A stretch of DNA of 64,000 bases from Lingula anatina (lineage: Eukaryota; Animalia; Brachiopoda), in the NCBI GenBank assembly GCA_051362555.1, contig CM120645.1, positions 14,570,001-14,634,000 of the forward strand, written 5' to 3'. Under the pieces are notes generated by a model. It was not told the origin of the DNA. It worked only from the letters and a program-made list of their open reading frames with translations, and ran no database searches. Shown here piece after piece: positions 38,046-51,900 of the stretch; positions within the stretch are counted from its first letter, which is position 1, and the number at the start of each line of letters is the position of its first letter. The translations under genes and the position numbers were made by a program.

Positions 38046-38758
38046 CATATTAATCTCTGATGGAATTTCATCTGTGTAGTCGTAGGATATGATTCAAATA
38101 TTAAACTTTTCAATTTCTACACTAAAAAATAGAGCTATACCTGACAGCACTTTCGAACACATCCGTGATCGTCTTCAGTGTGATGTCATATATGTCATAA
38201 CGTCCCAGATGACCATGAATTAGTGGTCAAAAGTTTTAATTTTTTTGAAGAGTATTTTTGGCAGAACATTTCCCCCTGTTGTTCTAATTTCTCCCGAGTA
38301 TTATTTTGAAAACCAACAAAGTGTAAATTTAAAGTTAAAAATATGCATTGAATGTCCTTATTCAGGCGCATGTTTCAAGTGGGCACGCGTTTGAGAAGGT
38401 AGCCATTACAAATAGTTACACCTCTCCTTGTCTCCTGTGCCTTTAACTGACGTGAGTAAAAATAGTTAATCCCCTGACTCCTCCCACTTTATTGCTATAT
38501 TTTGGTATGTCAAAAGACTCGAAAGGTATATGGAAGCCACTTTCTCCTAAAAAGTGTTTTAACATCATTGTTTATATCCAGTTTGCTTAGCATAAGCTGG
38601 GAAGTCATTCCCATTGGACGGAGGGATGTTATCAGTTATTATTTCTGAAGGAAACCAGATTCCCTAAATATCTTATTCAACCGCAACACTTTGTGCTGAA
38701 ATCAATTTTTTTATATTAAAGAAAGAATGAAAAAAACAAGTTAATAAATAAAATTTGA

Positions 38759-38896
38759 TTAATTAGATTAAAAGAACAGCACGCGTATTCATCAGTACCT
38801 GTTATTACAAACAGATTGTTAGAATTTGCTTAATTAGATTAAAAGAACAGCACGCGTATTCATCAGTTATTACAAGCAGATTGTTAGAATTTGCTT
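38759..38896 (+). repeat. ~70-bp tandem duplication
   Basis: TTAATTAGATTAAAAGAACAGCACGCGTATTCATCAGT..CAGATTGTTAGAATTTGC occurs twice. Confidence 0.9.
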
Positions 38897-40409
38897 CCCT
38901 CCGAAATTGGCACCAAGTTCTGTCCAGCAATAGACAGGTGGTTCGGTCTTGCAAAGAGACATGACCTTTTGCATTAATTATTTCCTGCCCTCATATCCAT
39001 AGAGGGCAGATCCTTGTTAAGGAACGACTACAATGGGAGGCACTCAAGATGCTGTTTTACGAGGGATGTGTTGCTCTAAATGTGATATTATATCTTACCT
39101 TGCTTCAAATAACCGAGGTCAAGAAACGTATGTCATCGATCAGTTAATTCATCGATGAGTTTTGTATGTATGGATGAATGTGATCACAGTTCTTTATCAA
39201 TTTCAACTGTTGCCAGCTGAGAAAGGTTTCTCTCTGCCAGCAACTAATAGTAGACATTATTTCCCGTCACAACTGGTAGCTCCGACCTTGAATTAAGAAA
39301 TAAATTCCGCTATACTTTTTTCAATTCCCCTAGAATTTGGTTTTACCTGTAGTTCCTTTATATCTGTTCCTCTATATCCAATATAGAGGTGCATTCACAT
39401 GCTGAATTGTCCAAAAATTTAATAGAATGAATTCAAAGTTGTATTCATTTTTATTAACGTATATGTGTATAGAACAAAAATCCACGGCTGTCTCGATTAA
39501 AATTAAAATTTTAATTTTTACCATGTCTTTACGCAAGGAGCCCTAAATGGCAACATATGTTCTGGAGACGTATCGTAACGTATGTTCAAGGTCATTGAAT
39601 TATAATTTTAATACCGCCTTCCGGTATATTTAGTAGTGATTCAATCATGGTAATTTATACATGACGTAAGGATGTTTATTATAAAATTTTAAACTGTACC
39701 TCAAGGTGCCTGGCGTCATGGCTAAAACTAGGTAATGCATGTTCCCCAGAAAAATTGTCAAAAGTTTAATTTTATTCAAGTATTTGGTGCAATAGCAAGC
39801 AGTGTTTTCTGTTGCATGACCGAAAAAAATATAGTGAGTCCATGATAGTTTGACATTTCTGATATATTATTTTGATCACGAGGGAAAGTAATTTATTTAA
39901 TACTAGAATGAATTTTCTTTAATATTCAGTATCACTTAAGTGTCTCAAAAACAATTAACTGCTCTATACAGAAGATTATTACAATTTTTTACAGCATTAT
40001 ACTTGTAGGAGATAAATCAAAGAACAAAACCAATGATGATTAAATTTTCGAAGTGAATAAAACGTTTCACAGTTGTAAGTTTTGCATTTGTGACGGCAAC
40101 ATATAGTTCTTTTTGAGGTTAGACGATGAATTATTTTTTTACTATTCATGGTTCCAGGAGAGTGAAACTTTGATTCAAAGTTTTTCGTGTGGGACCCTAA
40201 AATAATCAAACATAGTTTGCTATCTGTGCACTAAATATTTTTAAGAGCATACCTGTGACATCAATTGCACCGCTATATTGGGTTTGGGTGTAAAGTCACA
40301 ATTTTCATTTTCGTGATATGATGCTGAGTATTTATACGTCTACAGTACACAACAAATATTGGCACATTCGTTTGTTAGGATTTCGAAACACCGAGACACA
40401 TACAGATTC

Positions 40410-40805
40410 CGTCTGGAGAAGGGCGGCGGTGGAGATATGATTGAGGGCGTCTAAGTTGCATTCCAGCTAATTGTCACTGCGTGATAACATTTCTGCTAGC
40501 GTTTTAATCATAGGGACAAGCTTATACGGTGTTTTAATTAAGGGTAAACAATAAGCGGATTCTCGCCATGAGTGACGAAGTTAATCTAAGTCTGTAGTTG
40601 TCGTCACCCAACAAGTGAATCAAACACAACAAATTACTTGAACAATTTGATTAATTTCCAGAACTCCGACAATTTTCTGTTCTTAACTCAGCATCGTGTA
40701 ATTGACAACAAGAAGAATGTTGAATGCATCTGATTCTGCGATCGTCATCGCACAGTTGGAACAGGTGCTTTCACCACCGTCTCGAGAGATCCTCCTTCTC
40801 GGTTA
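40410..40805 (+). pseudogene. Truncated paralogue of the GPCR upstream region and N-terminus
   Basis: Aligns to 35690-36035 and 36195-36290. It encodes MLNASDSAIVIAQLEQVLSPPSREILLL and then breaks off. Confidence 0.75.
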
Positions 40806-41378
40806 CCATCTGCCATCGTTCGAACGAGAAAGAAATTCCGCATTTCCTAGAGAACTCAAGAAGGAAATTTGAGTCTTCACGGGTACCTTCTGCCATCGTT
40901 CGAATGAAAAAAAAATTCCACATTTCCAGGAGAACTCAAGAAGGAAATTTTGGGTCATTTTAGCTTATATAAATTATCTTTAAATCTCTAAATACTACAT
41001 GGTAGTGTTATGGGGACATCTTTAGCTTAAAAATGTGTCACTTGCAAATGAGAAAATTAGAGTATAAATAAGAAAATTCCTTTATGTCGCCTTTATGTCG
41101 CCAAATGTTCAAAAGCACAACGAAGCACAGTTTTTGTTAAAAATCAAATAAGAAATAACTTAATATGACTGATATTGTCATTTATTAAAATGACGAAATG
41201 TAATATGATAATAAGTTACAAAATGGGGGATAGTAACATCATAAAATTAAATGAATGGTAACTCCTACAAGGTAAAAACACATGGATGGAAACCCATCCG
41301 AAGGAGCAATAACAGCTCAACAACAATACATCCTTGTGGACCTGCCGGCCAATAGGCTATCCGGTAACTCCAACAAGG

Positions 41379-41385
<7 letters not shown>

Positions 41386-41444
<59 letters not shown>
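41386..41444 (+). repeat. (TA)n microsatellite
   Basis: Direct reading. Confidence 0.9.
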
Positions 41445-41447
<3 letters not shown>

Positions 41448-42629
41448 TTACGTGATAGTGACCAATCATAAAGGAGCATAACAGCTCACAGATAATATAC
41501 ATGTAAGCCATGTCGACCAGAAACCACAACGGCAAATATAGGATAACTGGTAACTACAATATAATACAAGCAAATGGATAGTGACCAATTGCAAACGAGC
41601 AAAAAACAGCTATATATATATATATATACATAAAATTAACCGAAAATAAGTTACATAGCGTCCATAAAAGCCAAACAGCATAAAAAAGTAACAACCCGGA
41701 CAACGGGTCTGGTGAAAAGAATAAAAATTATTATAAGTATGTGAACTACATGTATAAAAATACAGTTAAACATCATCGATGATTTATCACATAAATCTTA
41801 CAGGTAGTTGCAAATCACATCTGCAACTGAATGAAGAAAATAACCACTTACATAATATAAGCTACAATCAAGGTCAACAAAGTATATATATAAAACAACA
41901 CCAGAAGGCAAATAACAGTGTTAACAGGTTTATGGGGGGGGGGGGGGGGGGTTTCCCCTCCTAACCCTCATCCTCGCCACCCCACCCACCTAAACACCCT
42001 GTTTCTCTTCGACAAACGATTCTGGCTTCTCAGACACTGGAAACTAGAAACTGGACACTAACTTCAGTGTCCCTCGTGGGTTTACATTGAGAGGGGTCAT
42101 AGGAATGATACGGTGTTTGGCATGGTTATTTCCAGTCTTTAACTCGCCCAGTGCTGTTACATATTTTAACGTATTGCTTGCTGTAAAATATTTGAACATG
42201 CGAGATTTTATCATTCTGTTACAGCGTTCAACAACTGAACTTTTTCAATTTATGTGCTAAAAATCCATTGCTCATTGTTCCTGAAAGAGTGCTTGGAATT
42301 TCCTGTTTATTAATTCTGTCCCAGCATCTTTTTGAAGTATTACTGGTTTTCTCTCATCGGGTGAAATATTTTTAAACGCTTGTACTTCACTATCAGCAGT
42401 TTTTTTACGTTGATAGCAACGATCGAGTAAAATTTGGAAAAAAAAAATTAATTACTGTTAAAAATAACATGCCCTTGTTGTATTTTGATATTGTGCTGAG
42501 ATCAGCCAAGTGCCCCTGCCATTGTTGATGCTTCCGTCCGACGTCGCGTTTCATTTTAAAGCGTTTCCTCACGAGTGCAAATAATGTAAATGTATATTAG
42601 TATGCCAAAAAACTCTCTGATTATTTTAT

Positions 42630-43133
42630 ATGTAATTTTCCTTTTGTTTTTTTCGTACATTGTGATACAGTTTAGATATGCTTCCAAAACTAGTATGATA
42701 TGAAGGTTTATTATATAAATTCTTTGGGTATTCGTCTGTCTGTTCTTTACTCTTTATTATGGTTTGCTTGCGGTTACGGTTATTTTGGTTTGCTTGTCTT
42801 CTCTCTCTTCATCCGTACTCTTTCAACTGTTTCCAAACAAAAGGCACTTTTTTTCCATATACTGTAGCTCTTTAAAAACGTCCGAATGCCATTTCACTAG
42901 GCGTCCGTGGGGTTTCTTTCTACTTTACCCTCTACCAGGCCCACAGATTGGTTTATCAGTAGATATTCACAGATACGTCTTTGACTAATTCATGGCACAT
43001 TCTCGCTTGTGAAAAAGTGTATGTAATCAATATGAGGCCTTGGTAGAGTGTAATAACCCTTGGTGCACATGGGTGATAACATTTTGGTCACAAATTTCAC
43101 AATGACGTATTACTGACAGTAAATATATTTATC
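42630..43133 (+). repeat. Diverged copy of the GPCR far-upstream region (35200-35615)
   Basis: Shared blocks TTTACCCTCTACCAGGCC, AGATATTCACAGATA and TGGTGCACATGGG. Confidence 0.75.
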
Positions 43134-45027
43134 ACAGTTGGATTGCTAGTATATAACTTCCTGTTCAAGTTCAATGGTAACTATGGTTACCTTTGCTAAT
43201 TTTGGAGTTAAAGTAATATGCCATGAATTTTGTACAAAAGAAATTAATTGACATAACGAAAAGATTGTTTTGGTCGAAATTCATGAAATGGGAGGTGCTC
43301 ACAAATTCAAGATGTTCGAATTTCATGAAATTCAGTCACATTTTTGACCGGAGCCTTATGCTATCATTTCCAAATTAAGGGCAAATAACATATTACTTTC
43401 ACTGCTGAATAATGCAACGTTGTACTTTTTATATCGCGACTATGTAATTAACAGTTTCTAATAGTTCTAATTTTGCTGCATCTTTTTGCTAGTTTTCCAT
43501 GCAGGGACACTTTATGTTTAGCTATTAACATTCATATCAATACACAATGTATTACAGGACATACCATTCTGTTAAAGACCAAAAAAAAAAGAAAAAAAAA
43601 GAAAAAACAAACAAACAAAAACAAACAAACAAACAAAAAAAAAAAAAAATTACTTAAACCTAAAGTAAAAATACCAAATCATTTACATTGTTTTCAATGC
43701 GATGTTTATTTCTGAATCATTTAGGTTTTACACTTAAAAAAACTCCATTGCTAACAGTGTACTCTTTAAAATTCATTTTGGAAAACATATCCTTAAGGTA
43801 GATTATATAAATGTTATACAAAATTACATTTTTAAAAATCCGGTAAAACTTTCAGTTCTTCCGTTTCAGATTGCCAATAAGCTTTTGGGTCTGGCAAGAA
43901 TTAGGATCAAGTAAGTCTTGTTGACTTCTAGTATTTGTGTCTTATAATTCTGATTTATCTAATTTCAATATAAGTTATATGCAAATGATGAGTTCAGACT
44001 CCCAGCAAGTACAGAAAAATATCATAAGATTACCATATATATATATAAACTTCATGGTAGCATAATAGTAACGTTATTTATCTGGTCTGGCCATGTTTTT
44101 AACTTTATAAGTATGAATGAAGTAGGAATCTCAATTAGTGATTTGTCTTGGGTAAAAAGGTAAACAGACATTTTTTACAGATAGCTATAAACATATTCTG
44201 CATACACCTAATTTCATACATTAATATATTGATTTCATATTTTCAGTAGACAAAGACACGTTATTAGTGTTCCATACACATATCTAAACATACATGAGCT
44301 CATAGTCTACATAATTAATATATTAATCTGTTGTAGCTTTCAGAATATGAATAATAACTGTGACAATATATTTTTTGTAAGCAAAGATGTATGTTCAATG
44401 TCCCATGCACTATTACAAATACTTCCTAATTTTTCAAAATGAAATGATGACACATTTTCTGTAAATGAAGTACATAAACGTAAATTATCATTTTATATAC
44501 CAATAATTTCCTATTGCTAAAAAGCAATATCTATCTATGAATTCATGTAAAACAACCTTATCAATATAATAATAATAATAATTATACATACATACATACA
44601 TACATTGAGGCCCAAATAATAAAGAATCTGTAGTTAGTAGCAGTTATTTTAGCCTATATTAAACATGTAACCTGTAGTCCCTGTGCATTCAAGTAATACT
44701 TGGCATCATTTTTTGCGCTGCCATACAACAATGTAGGGCCTATGAAGCAGACAGATTAGTAGTTGCAAAAATTACAGAATAGAAAGTAATTAATTCAATT
44801 TTCGCTAAATTAATATATTTTTCTTTATATACATATATATTAAAACTCAAAGTAAACACAAACATACGTTAAACATTAAGAGCTTCAATTTTTCATCATA
44901 ATGTACTTTATGTACAAAATGTACGAAACAAATATTTAAGATTTCAATAAAAAAAAACATTTAATTTTGAAGATTTGAAGAGCAGCCAGATACTTTTGTG
45001 AAAGTCGGGGCTACTTGAATAGTCTAC

Positions 45028-45251
45028 GGGACCGTTCACATGCAAAATCTATTTTCTAAAAATCTATTTTCTAATCGCAGTATCTTGTGATCATGGTCTG
45101 TGCCCTGAATACCCCGCGGCGTAATTACTAGCAGCGCCAGCCAGTTACTTCCAAAGCTGTAATTAATTCTCGGCTGTACTCGGATTGATCACAATATACC
45201 GCGAATAGAAAATAGATTTTTAGAAAAGAGATTTTTCATGTGAACGGAGTC
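45028..45251. mobile_element. ~220-bp MITE with ~60-bp TIRs (PIF/Harbinger-like ends)
   Basis: CCGTTCACATG.AAAATCT.TTTTCTAAAAATCTATTTTCTA.TCGC.GTAT.TTGTGATC and its reverse complement ending CATGTGAACGG; TAC flanks both sides. Confidence 0.8.
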
Positions 45252-45894
45252 TACGTCTACTTTTGTTGTAACAGTTGTGATCACATAGATATTCTTGGAG
45301 AATATAGGAGCTCTCAGAGGTTCTTGAAGAAGTCGGGGTTTGGTCTATGTATACTTGACAAAAAAACCTACCCCCTATCGCATTTCTCTACATTGCTACA
45401 AGGGTACCATTGGATTCATTTTTAGTATGACATCAGAAATAGGTAACTTATTATTGTTTAAATTGGGAATGTGAGTAGTAGAAGACCGACCTAAATGTAC
45501 CTAGCGTGAACAATGAAATAAACCAACTTGAGATGGATAACTTTTACCAAATGATCGATATAGGAGTTTTGACTCTCCAAATTGCTAGAAGGCTGGGTTG
45601 CTCCACGAGCAGCATTCAGAGGGTCAGGCAACATCATAGCCAAAAAGGCATACGGGCAAAATTGCCTGGATAAGGCCAACAAAAGGAAATCACACCCATA
45701 GAAGAAAGAGTGTTAACAAGCCTTTCTCCTAGGAAACTTTTCCTGACATTTAAAATCTTGACTGCAACATTTAACAAGACTAGGGCACACCGTAATTCTA
45801 AGTTTACTGACATAAGACTTTATTTTGGAAAGTTTGCTGTCAGGCGACCAGGGACCTTCTACGGTGTACCAGGTGTTATACCTGAACACTGGCA

Positions 45895-46100
45895 TAGGCA
45901 CTAGCCAATAACTGGGAAAAGATACTGTTCTCAGAGGAAAGCAGGCTAAGCATTGTGAGAAGTGATGGGTGCGAAAGGGTTTGGAGAACAACTTGTAGGA
46001 AGTAAATTCCCAATTTTCTGTGGCTGGTAGACAAGATTCACAGTACATAAGTCATGCCATGGGGAGTATTTGCTACTGTGGCGTAGGCGAGCTGGCAGTG
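45895..46100 (+). mobile_element. Tc1-like transposase relic (copy 1)
   Basis: Translates NWEKILFSEESR.....DG..RVWR...VM.WG with stops; this is the region around the first Asp of the Tc1 DDE triad. Confidence 0.7.
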
Positions 46101-47306
46101 TTACAATTTGGTTGTACAATTAGTAACTTTTTGTGAAAAATCCTTTTAGAAATTGAATAAAAATATTGATTCACTGCATTAGGGTTGATTCTTTTTGCTC
46201 GGGGAATGTAGATGTTCTGGGGGAAATGAGGACTATTCCAAAAATCTGGATATAGTTATAGTGAATATCAGGATAATCTGGGAGAAGTAAGGATATGCAA
46301 GATTGAATTCAAACTCTTTTTACTTACAGAAGATGCATATGAAAATGAATTAGCTGGGCTCTCTGGTGCTATGTCTCATAGACAAAAAATTCAAATGAAT
46401 TACTAAATTTTCGCAAATTGCATGGTAAGTAATATTTTAAAATGTTGATAAGTTTTAAAAAATAGTTGGCCAGATTATCCTGATATTCATTAACTAACGG
46501 TGGATTGCAGGAAGTTAATTATTCACTACAAAACCATTATTGGGAATCTGTTTATAGCTACTCTCTAACGTAATGTATTCTTGCTCATTTCTTTATGTAC
46601 ACTCTTACTCAAAAAATGGAATACTTTTCAAAATCTTTAAATTTTCACAAAATCACTGATATACCTGGCTAAGGCAATCAGTAATAAAGTTTGCTAAATA
46701 TGGATGTAGAATATGGATCATTTTGGTTGTACGTTTTAATTACAATATGACATGATCCATCTCAACTATATCACTGAACAGAATAATTCTTCAGTCCCCA
46801 GGAAATTGAACAAGTATACTGGTCTGTTTTTTTTTCTGATTTAAACCTCACTGCCATAGCACCATTGGGGTGCTACAGACCGAACTATAGGGAAGAGAAA
46901 AATGTCAGAGGCAACTACAAAAAATGACCTGAAGTAGGCATTCATGCAAAGGGTTATGTTAATATGAGCCAATTAGCACCAGAAACCAGTCACGTCAGTA
47001 CCTCTAAGAATAGATTACAACATCCAGGTTTGTAACAGCTACCCGAGACCAATTTTTACAGTACAATATTGCCTTTGAATGACTGTTTTCTCCTTTAATC
47101 TCTGCTTTCTTCAACATAACCTTTGATTTTTCTATAAATTACCGATAATTCCACTTAATATATTTGATCCCAAGAGCTTATCAAAAGGAATTAAAATCCC
47201 CCAAAATTTTGTGACTTGAACTTAGAACACAGCATTATAATTGAGGTCAAAAGAGCTGGTTTAAAAATTACATTTTGTCTTAGTTTGAATTTATTTAAAT
47301 CTTATA

Positions 47307-48895
47307 TCCTAGTCAAACTAGAAGTGGAATGAGCTAGAATGTTGTCAAAATGAAATTTCCTTGTATATTCCTGGGTATTTGAAGTGCGTTCTAAAAATTC
47401 TAAGTGCATTCCCCACATATGGATCTATTCTTGTGTCCAGTCCTAATGTTTTGCTCATGTTCAAAACTTTCAAAGTGTATTCCAAGTGGAAAAAATATCG
47501 AATGGTATTTTAAGTGTATTCTAACTGCACTATAAGTGCATTCTTAATAGCATTTGAAACATTCTGGTCGCATTCGAGGGAGAACCAAAATGACAAGACA
47601 CTTCAAATCCAATCATAATGTTCTGTATGTACCTCAAATGACCCGGAATGCAACTCAATGCATCTCAATCCCGCACAAAAATGCATTAGTATCGAAGTAG
47701 CAAAGAAGCATTAACGCAGTAGTGGTGTGGAGCATATTTGCAGTAGAAATGCAATATAGCCTACTGCAATTCTACTCCAAAAAGTACATAGGTTTGTAGA
47801 GAGAGGAGCATTAATGCAGTAGATTAGCAGCATGATAGAAGCATGTTTCAAATATGCTAATTAGCTCCCAAATCGAAGCAGATTTGAGGCATGTTTGCAG
47901 TATGAATGCAGTAGTCTACTGCGCTGGAGTATCTACTGCGTTTTCTTGCGGGATTGCTTACAAAATCCTATTTCGGCCAACAATCAAACTGCACTCATGC
48001 TGCAATTGAAGTGTATTCTAAATATTCTCACTGCATACATCATCAATATTCCTTATGTGTTCAAACTACATGGAAGCTGCATTTGAGCACTCATACATGA
48101 ACACCTGAAATGTGCACAAATCATTCCAGGAAGGTTTCAAGGCCCCATCACACTTATTCAGTATCTGCAGTATTCAAGCAGAATGAGAAGGAATAAAGAA
48201 TTTTCAAAGTTCGCACCACATTCGGGGAGAAATTTCAAATTGATCTAAATTTTTGTGAGAATACCGTTGGAATACTCATAATGTGCTTGAATCTGCCTGG
48301 AATGATTTGTGCACATTTCGGGTGCATTAGCTCTCAAATGCAGCTCAAATGTAGTTGGAAAACTAGGAATATCGATAATGCTGTCAGAATATTTAGAATA
48401 CACTTTGAATGCCGTACGAGTGTAGTTTGAAATGGCTTAAATAGGATTTGGGCAGACATCGAGATGCATTCTAGTTGCCTTGCGGCTCATTCTAGCAGGA
48501 TTTGAAGTGTCTTGCCATTTCAGTTCTCCCTCGTGATCAAAATGATTCGAATACTGTTGGGATTCTCTAAGAATATTAAGTATTACTCATAGTGCACTTA
48601 GAATACACTTAGAATTCCAATCAATGTTTCTCCAATTGGAATGCACTTCAAAAGTTTTGAGCATGAGCAAAGAATATTTGGAATGCACTCAGAATTTTTA
48701 CAACACAATTCAAATATCCTGGAATATACATAGAATTTTCATTCTTACTACATTCTAGCTCATTCCGCATCTAGTGTAACTAGGGCATTAGGTGATATTT
48801 CCTGCCGAATGTGGCGTGAATTTTGAATTTTTTTGAATTTTTTCCGGCACATTCTGCTTGATTACTTCTGATTCCGAATAAGAGTGACTGGGGCT
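47307..48895. mobile_element. ~1.5-kb foldback/palindromic non-autonomous DNA element(s)
   Basis: 47307-47670 and 47960-48130 are reverse complements of 48785-48450 and 48450-48296 (e.g. GGAATGAGCTAGAATGT / ACATTCTAGCTCATTCC; AAATGTGCACAAATCATTCCAGG / CCTGGAATGATTTGTGCACATTT). 48140-48225 is inverted at 48800-48895. Confidence 0.8.
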
Positions 48896-48990
48896 TTAGA
48901 TGCAATTTCCATTTGGAGAATTGTATCATCTTGAGCAGGAGTGTACATTAATCAAATAGCATTTTATAAGAGGTTGCAGTATTAGGAAGC

Positions 48991-51900
48991 TTAAGGCCTT
49001 GGAGCCCTTCCCTCACTTATTTCCAGATATTTTTTCTGATATACTGATGCTTGTTCATACTCACCCATGGCTCGCAGTACACTACATATATTGTTGTAAA
49101 AGGCGACAATATTAGGGTGTCTGGGACAAACCACCTCTTCCATCAATTCTATACATTTTTGGTAAAAGACAAGTGCCTCTTTGCTTTCACCCAAGTTTTC
49201 TAGTGCACAACCAATATTGTTATATGTATAAGCAGTATGAGGGTGTTTGGGACCTAGCAGTTCTTCGTGTACTTCCAAGCATTTTTTGTAATAGGCAAGT
49301 GCCTCTTTGTACTCACCAATGTTTTTTAGTACACTACCAATATTGTTGTATATGGCAGCAGTATCAGGGTGTTTGGGGCTAAGTAGTTCTTCCGCCAATT
49401 CCAGGCCTTTTTTTAAATAGGTTAATGCCTCTTTACACTCACCCATGCCTTTAAGTATACAGCCAATATTGTTGTATGAGGCAGCCGCACCAGGATATTT
49501 GGGACCAAGCGCCTCTACTTTTACCTCCTGGCAACTTTTGCAATATGAAAGTGCCTGTTTGTATTCACCCATGGCTTGTAGTACACAACCGATGTTATTG
49601 TATGAGGTTGCAGTATCAGGGTGTTTGGGCCCTAGAAGCTCTTCTCTAATTTCCATGCATTTTTTGTAATAGGCAAGGGCCTCTTTGTACTCACCCATGG
49701 CTTTCAGTACACTACCAAAATTATTGTATGAGGAAGCTGTATCAGGGTGTTTTGGACTAAGAAGCTCTTTTCTCAACTCCAGACATTTTTTGCAGTAGGC
49801 AAATGCCTCTTTGTACTCACCCATGTCTCGTAGTACACAACCAATATTATTGTATGAGGTAGCAGTATCAGGGTGTTTAGGACCTATAAGCTTTTCCCTT
49901 ACACCCAGGCATTTTTTGTGATAGGCAAGTGCCTCTTTGTACTCACCCATGGCTTGTAGAGCAACACCAATATCATTGTACGAGGTTGCAGTATCAAGGT
50001 GTTTATGACCTAGAAACTCTCTTCTAATTTTCAAGCATTTCTTATGAAAGTCAAGGGCCTGTTTAGTTTTACCCATGGCTTGAAGGACAACACCTATATG
50101 ATTATATGAAGCAGCGGTGTCGGGGTGTTTCGTACCAAGAACCTCTTCTCTCACATCCAAGCATTTTTTGTAAAAGGCAAGTGCCTCTTTATACTCACCC
50201 ATGGCTTTTAGTACAATGCCTATGTTGTTGTATGAGGAAGCAGTATCAAGTTGTTTGGCACCTAACAGCTCTTTCCTCTCATGCAAGCTCTTTTTGAAAT
50301 AGGCCAGTGCCTCTTTGTGCTCACCCATGGCGTACAGTACAACACCTATATTATTATATACGGCAGCAGTACTAGAGTGTTTGGTGCCAAGAAACTTCTC
50401 TCTCACATCCAAACATTTTTTATAAAAGGCGAGTGCCTCTTTATACTCACCCATGGACTTCAGTATAATGCCAATGTTGTTGTATGAGGCGGCAGTATCG
50501 GGGTGGTTGGGACCCAGAAGTTCTTCTCGCACACAAACGCATTTTTTATGAAAGACAAGTGCCTCTTTGTACTCACCCATGGCTTGTAGAACAACACCAA
50601 CCTTGTTGAATAAGGCCACTGTATCAGGATGTTTGGGACCTAAAAGCTCTTCTTTCACATTTAGACATTTTTGGTAATAGGCAAGTTCATCTTTGTACTC
50701 ACCCATGCCTTGCAGTACAGCACCAGTATTGTTGTTTGAGGTAGGAGTATCAAGGCGTTTAAGACCTAAAAGGTGTTCTTTCACATCCAGTAATGTTTTG
50801 TGATAGTCAAAAGCCTCTTTGTTTTCACCCATGATTTCCAGTATACTACCAATATTGATGTATGATGTAGCGGTATTAGGTTGTGTGGGACCTTGCAGTT
50901 CTTCTTTCACATTCGGGCTTTTTATGTGATAGGCAAGTGCCTCTTTGTACTCACCCATGGCTTCCAATACACTTCTGATATTGTTGTATGAGGTGGCAGT
51001 ATCAGGGTGTTGGGGACCTAACAGTTCTTCCCTCACATATAATGATTTTTTGTAATAGGCTTGAGCATCTTTGTACTCACCCATGGCTTGTAGTACACTA
51101 CCAATATTGTTGTACGAGGCAGCAGTATCAGGATGTTTGGCACCTAACAGCTCTTCCCTCACATCCAGTGATTTTTTGTAATATGCTTGAGCATCTTTGT
51201 ACTCACCCGTGGCTTGAAGTACACTGCCAATATTGCTATGTGAAGTGGCAGTATCAGGGTGTGTGGGACCTAAAAGCTCTTCCCTCACATTAAGTGACTT
51301 TTTGTGATACAGTAGAGCTTCTTTGTACTCACCAATGTATTGCAATACGGCACCTATATTGTTGTATGAACCAGCTGTTTCAGGGTGCTTGGTACCAAGA
51401 AGCTCTTCCCTCACATCCAGTGATTTTTTGTAATATTCATGTGCCTCTTTGTACTCACCCTTAGCTTGCAGTACACTACCGATATTGCTGTATGAGGTAG
51501 CAGTATCAGGGTGTTTAGGACCTAGAAGCTCTTCCCTCACATCCAGTGATTTTTTGTAATAGGCATGTGCCTCTTGGTACTCACCCTTGGCTTGAAGTAT
51601 ACTACCAATATTGTTGTATGAGGTAGCAGTATCAAGATGCTTGGGACCTAGAATTTCTTCTCTAACATCCAGTGATTTTTTGTAATAGGCATGTGCCTCT
51701 TTGTACTCACCCTTGGCTTGAAGTATACTACCAATATTGTTGTATGAGGTAGCAGTATCAAGATGCTTGGGACCTAGAATTTCTTCCCTCACATCCAGTG
51801 ATTTTCTGTAATAGGCATGTGCATCCCTATATTCACCTATGGCTTGCAGTACACTACCAATATTGATGTATGAGTTAGCAGTATCAGGGTGTTTAGGACC

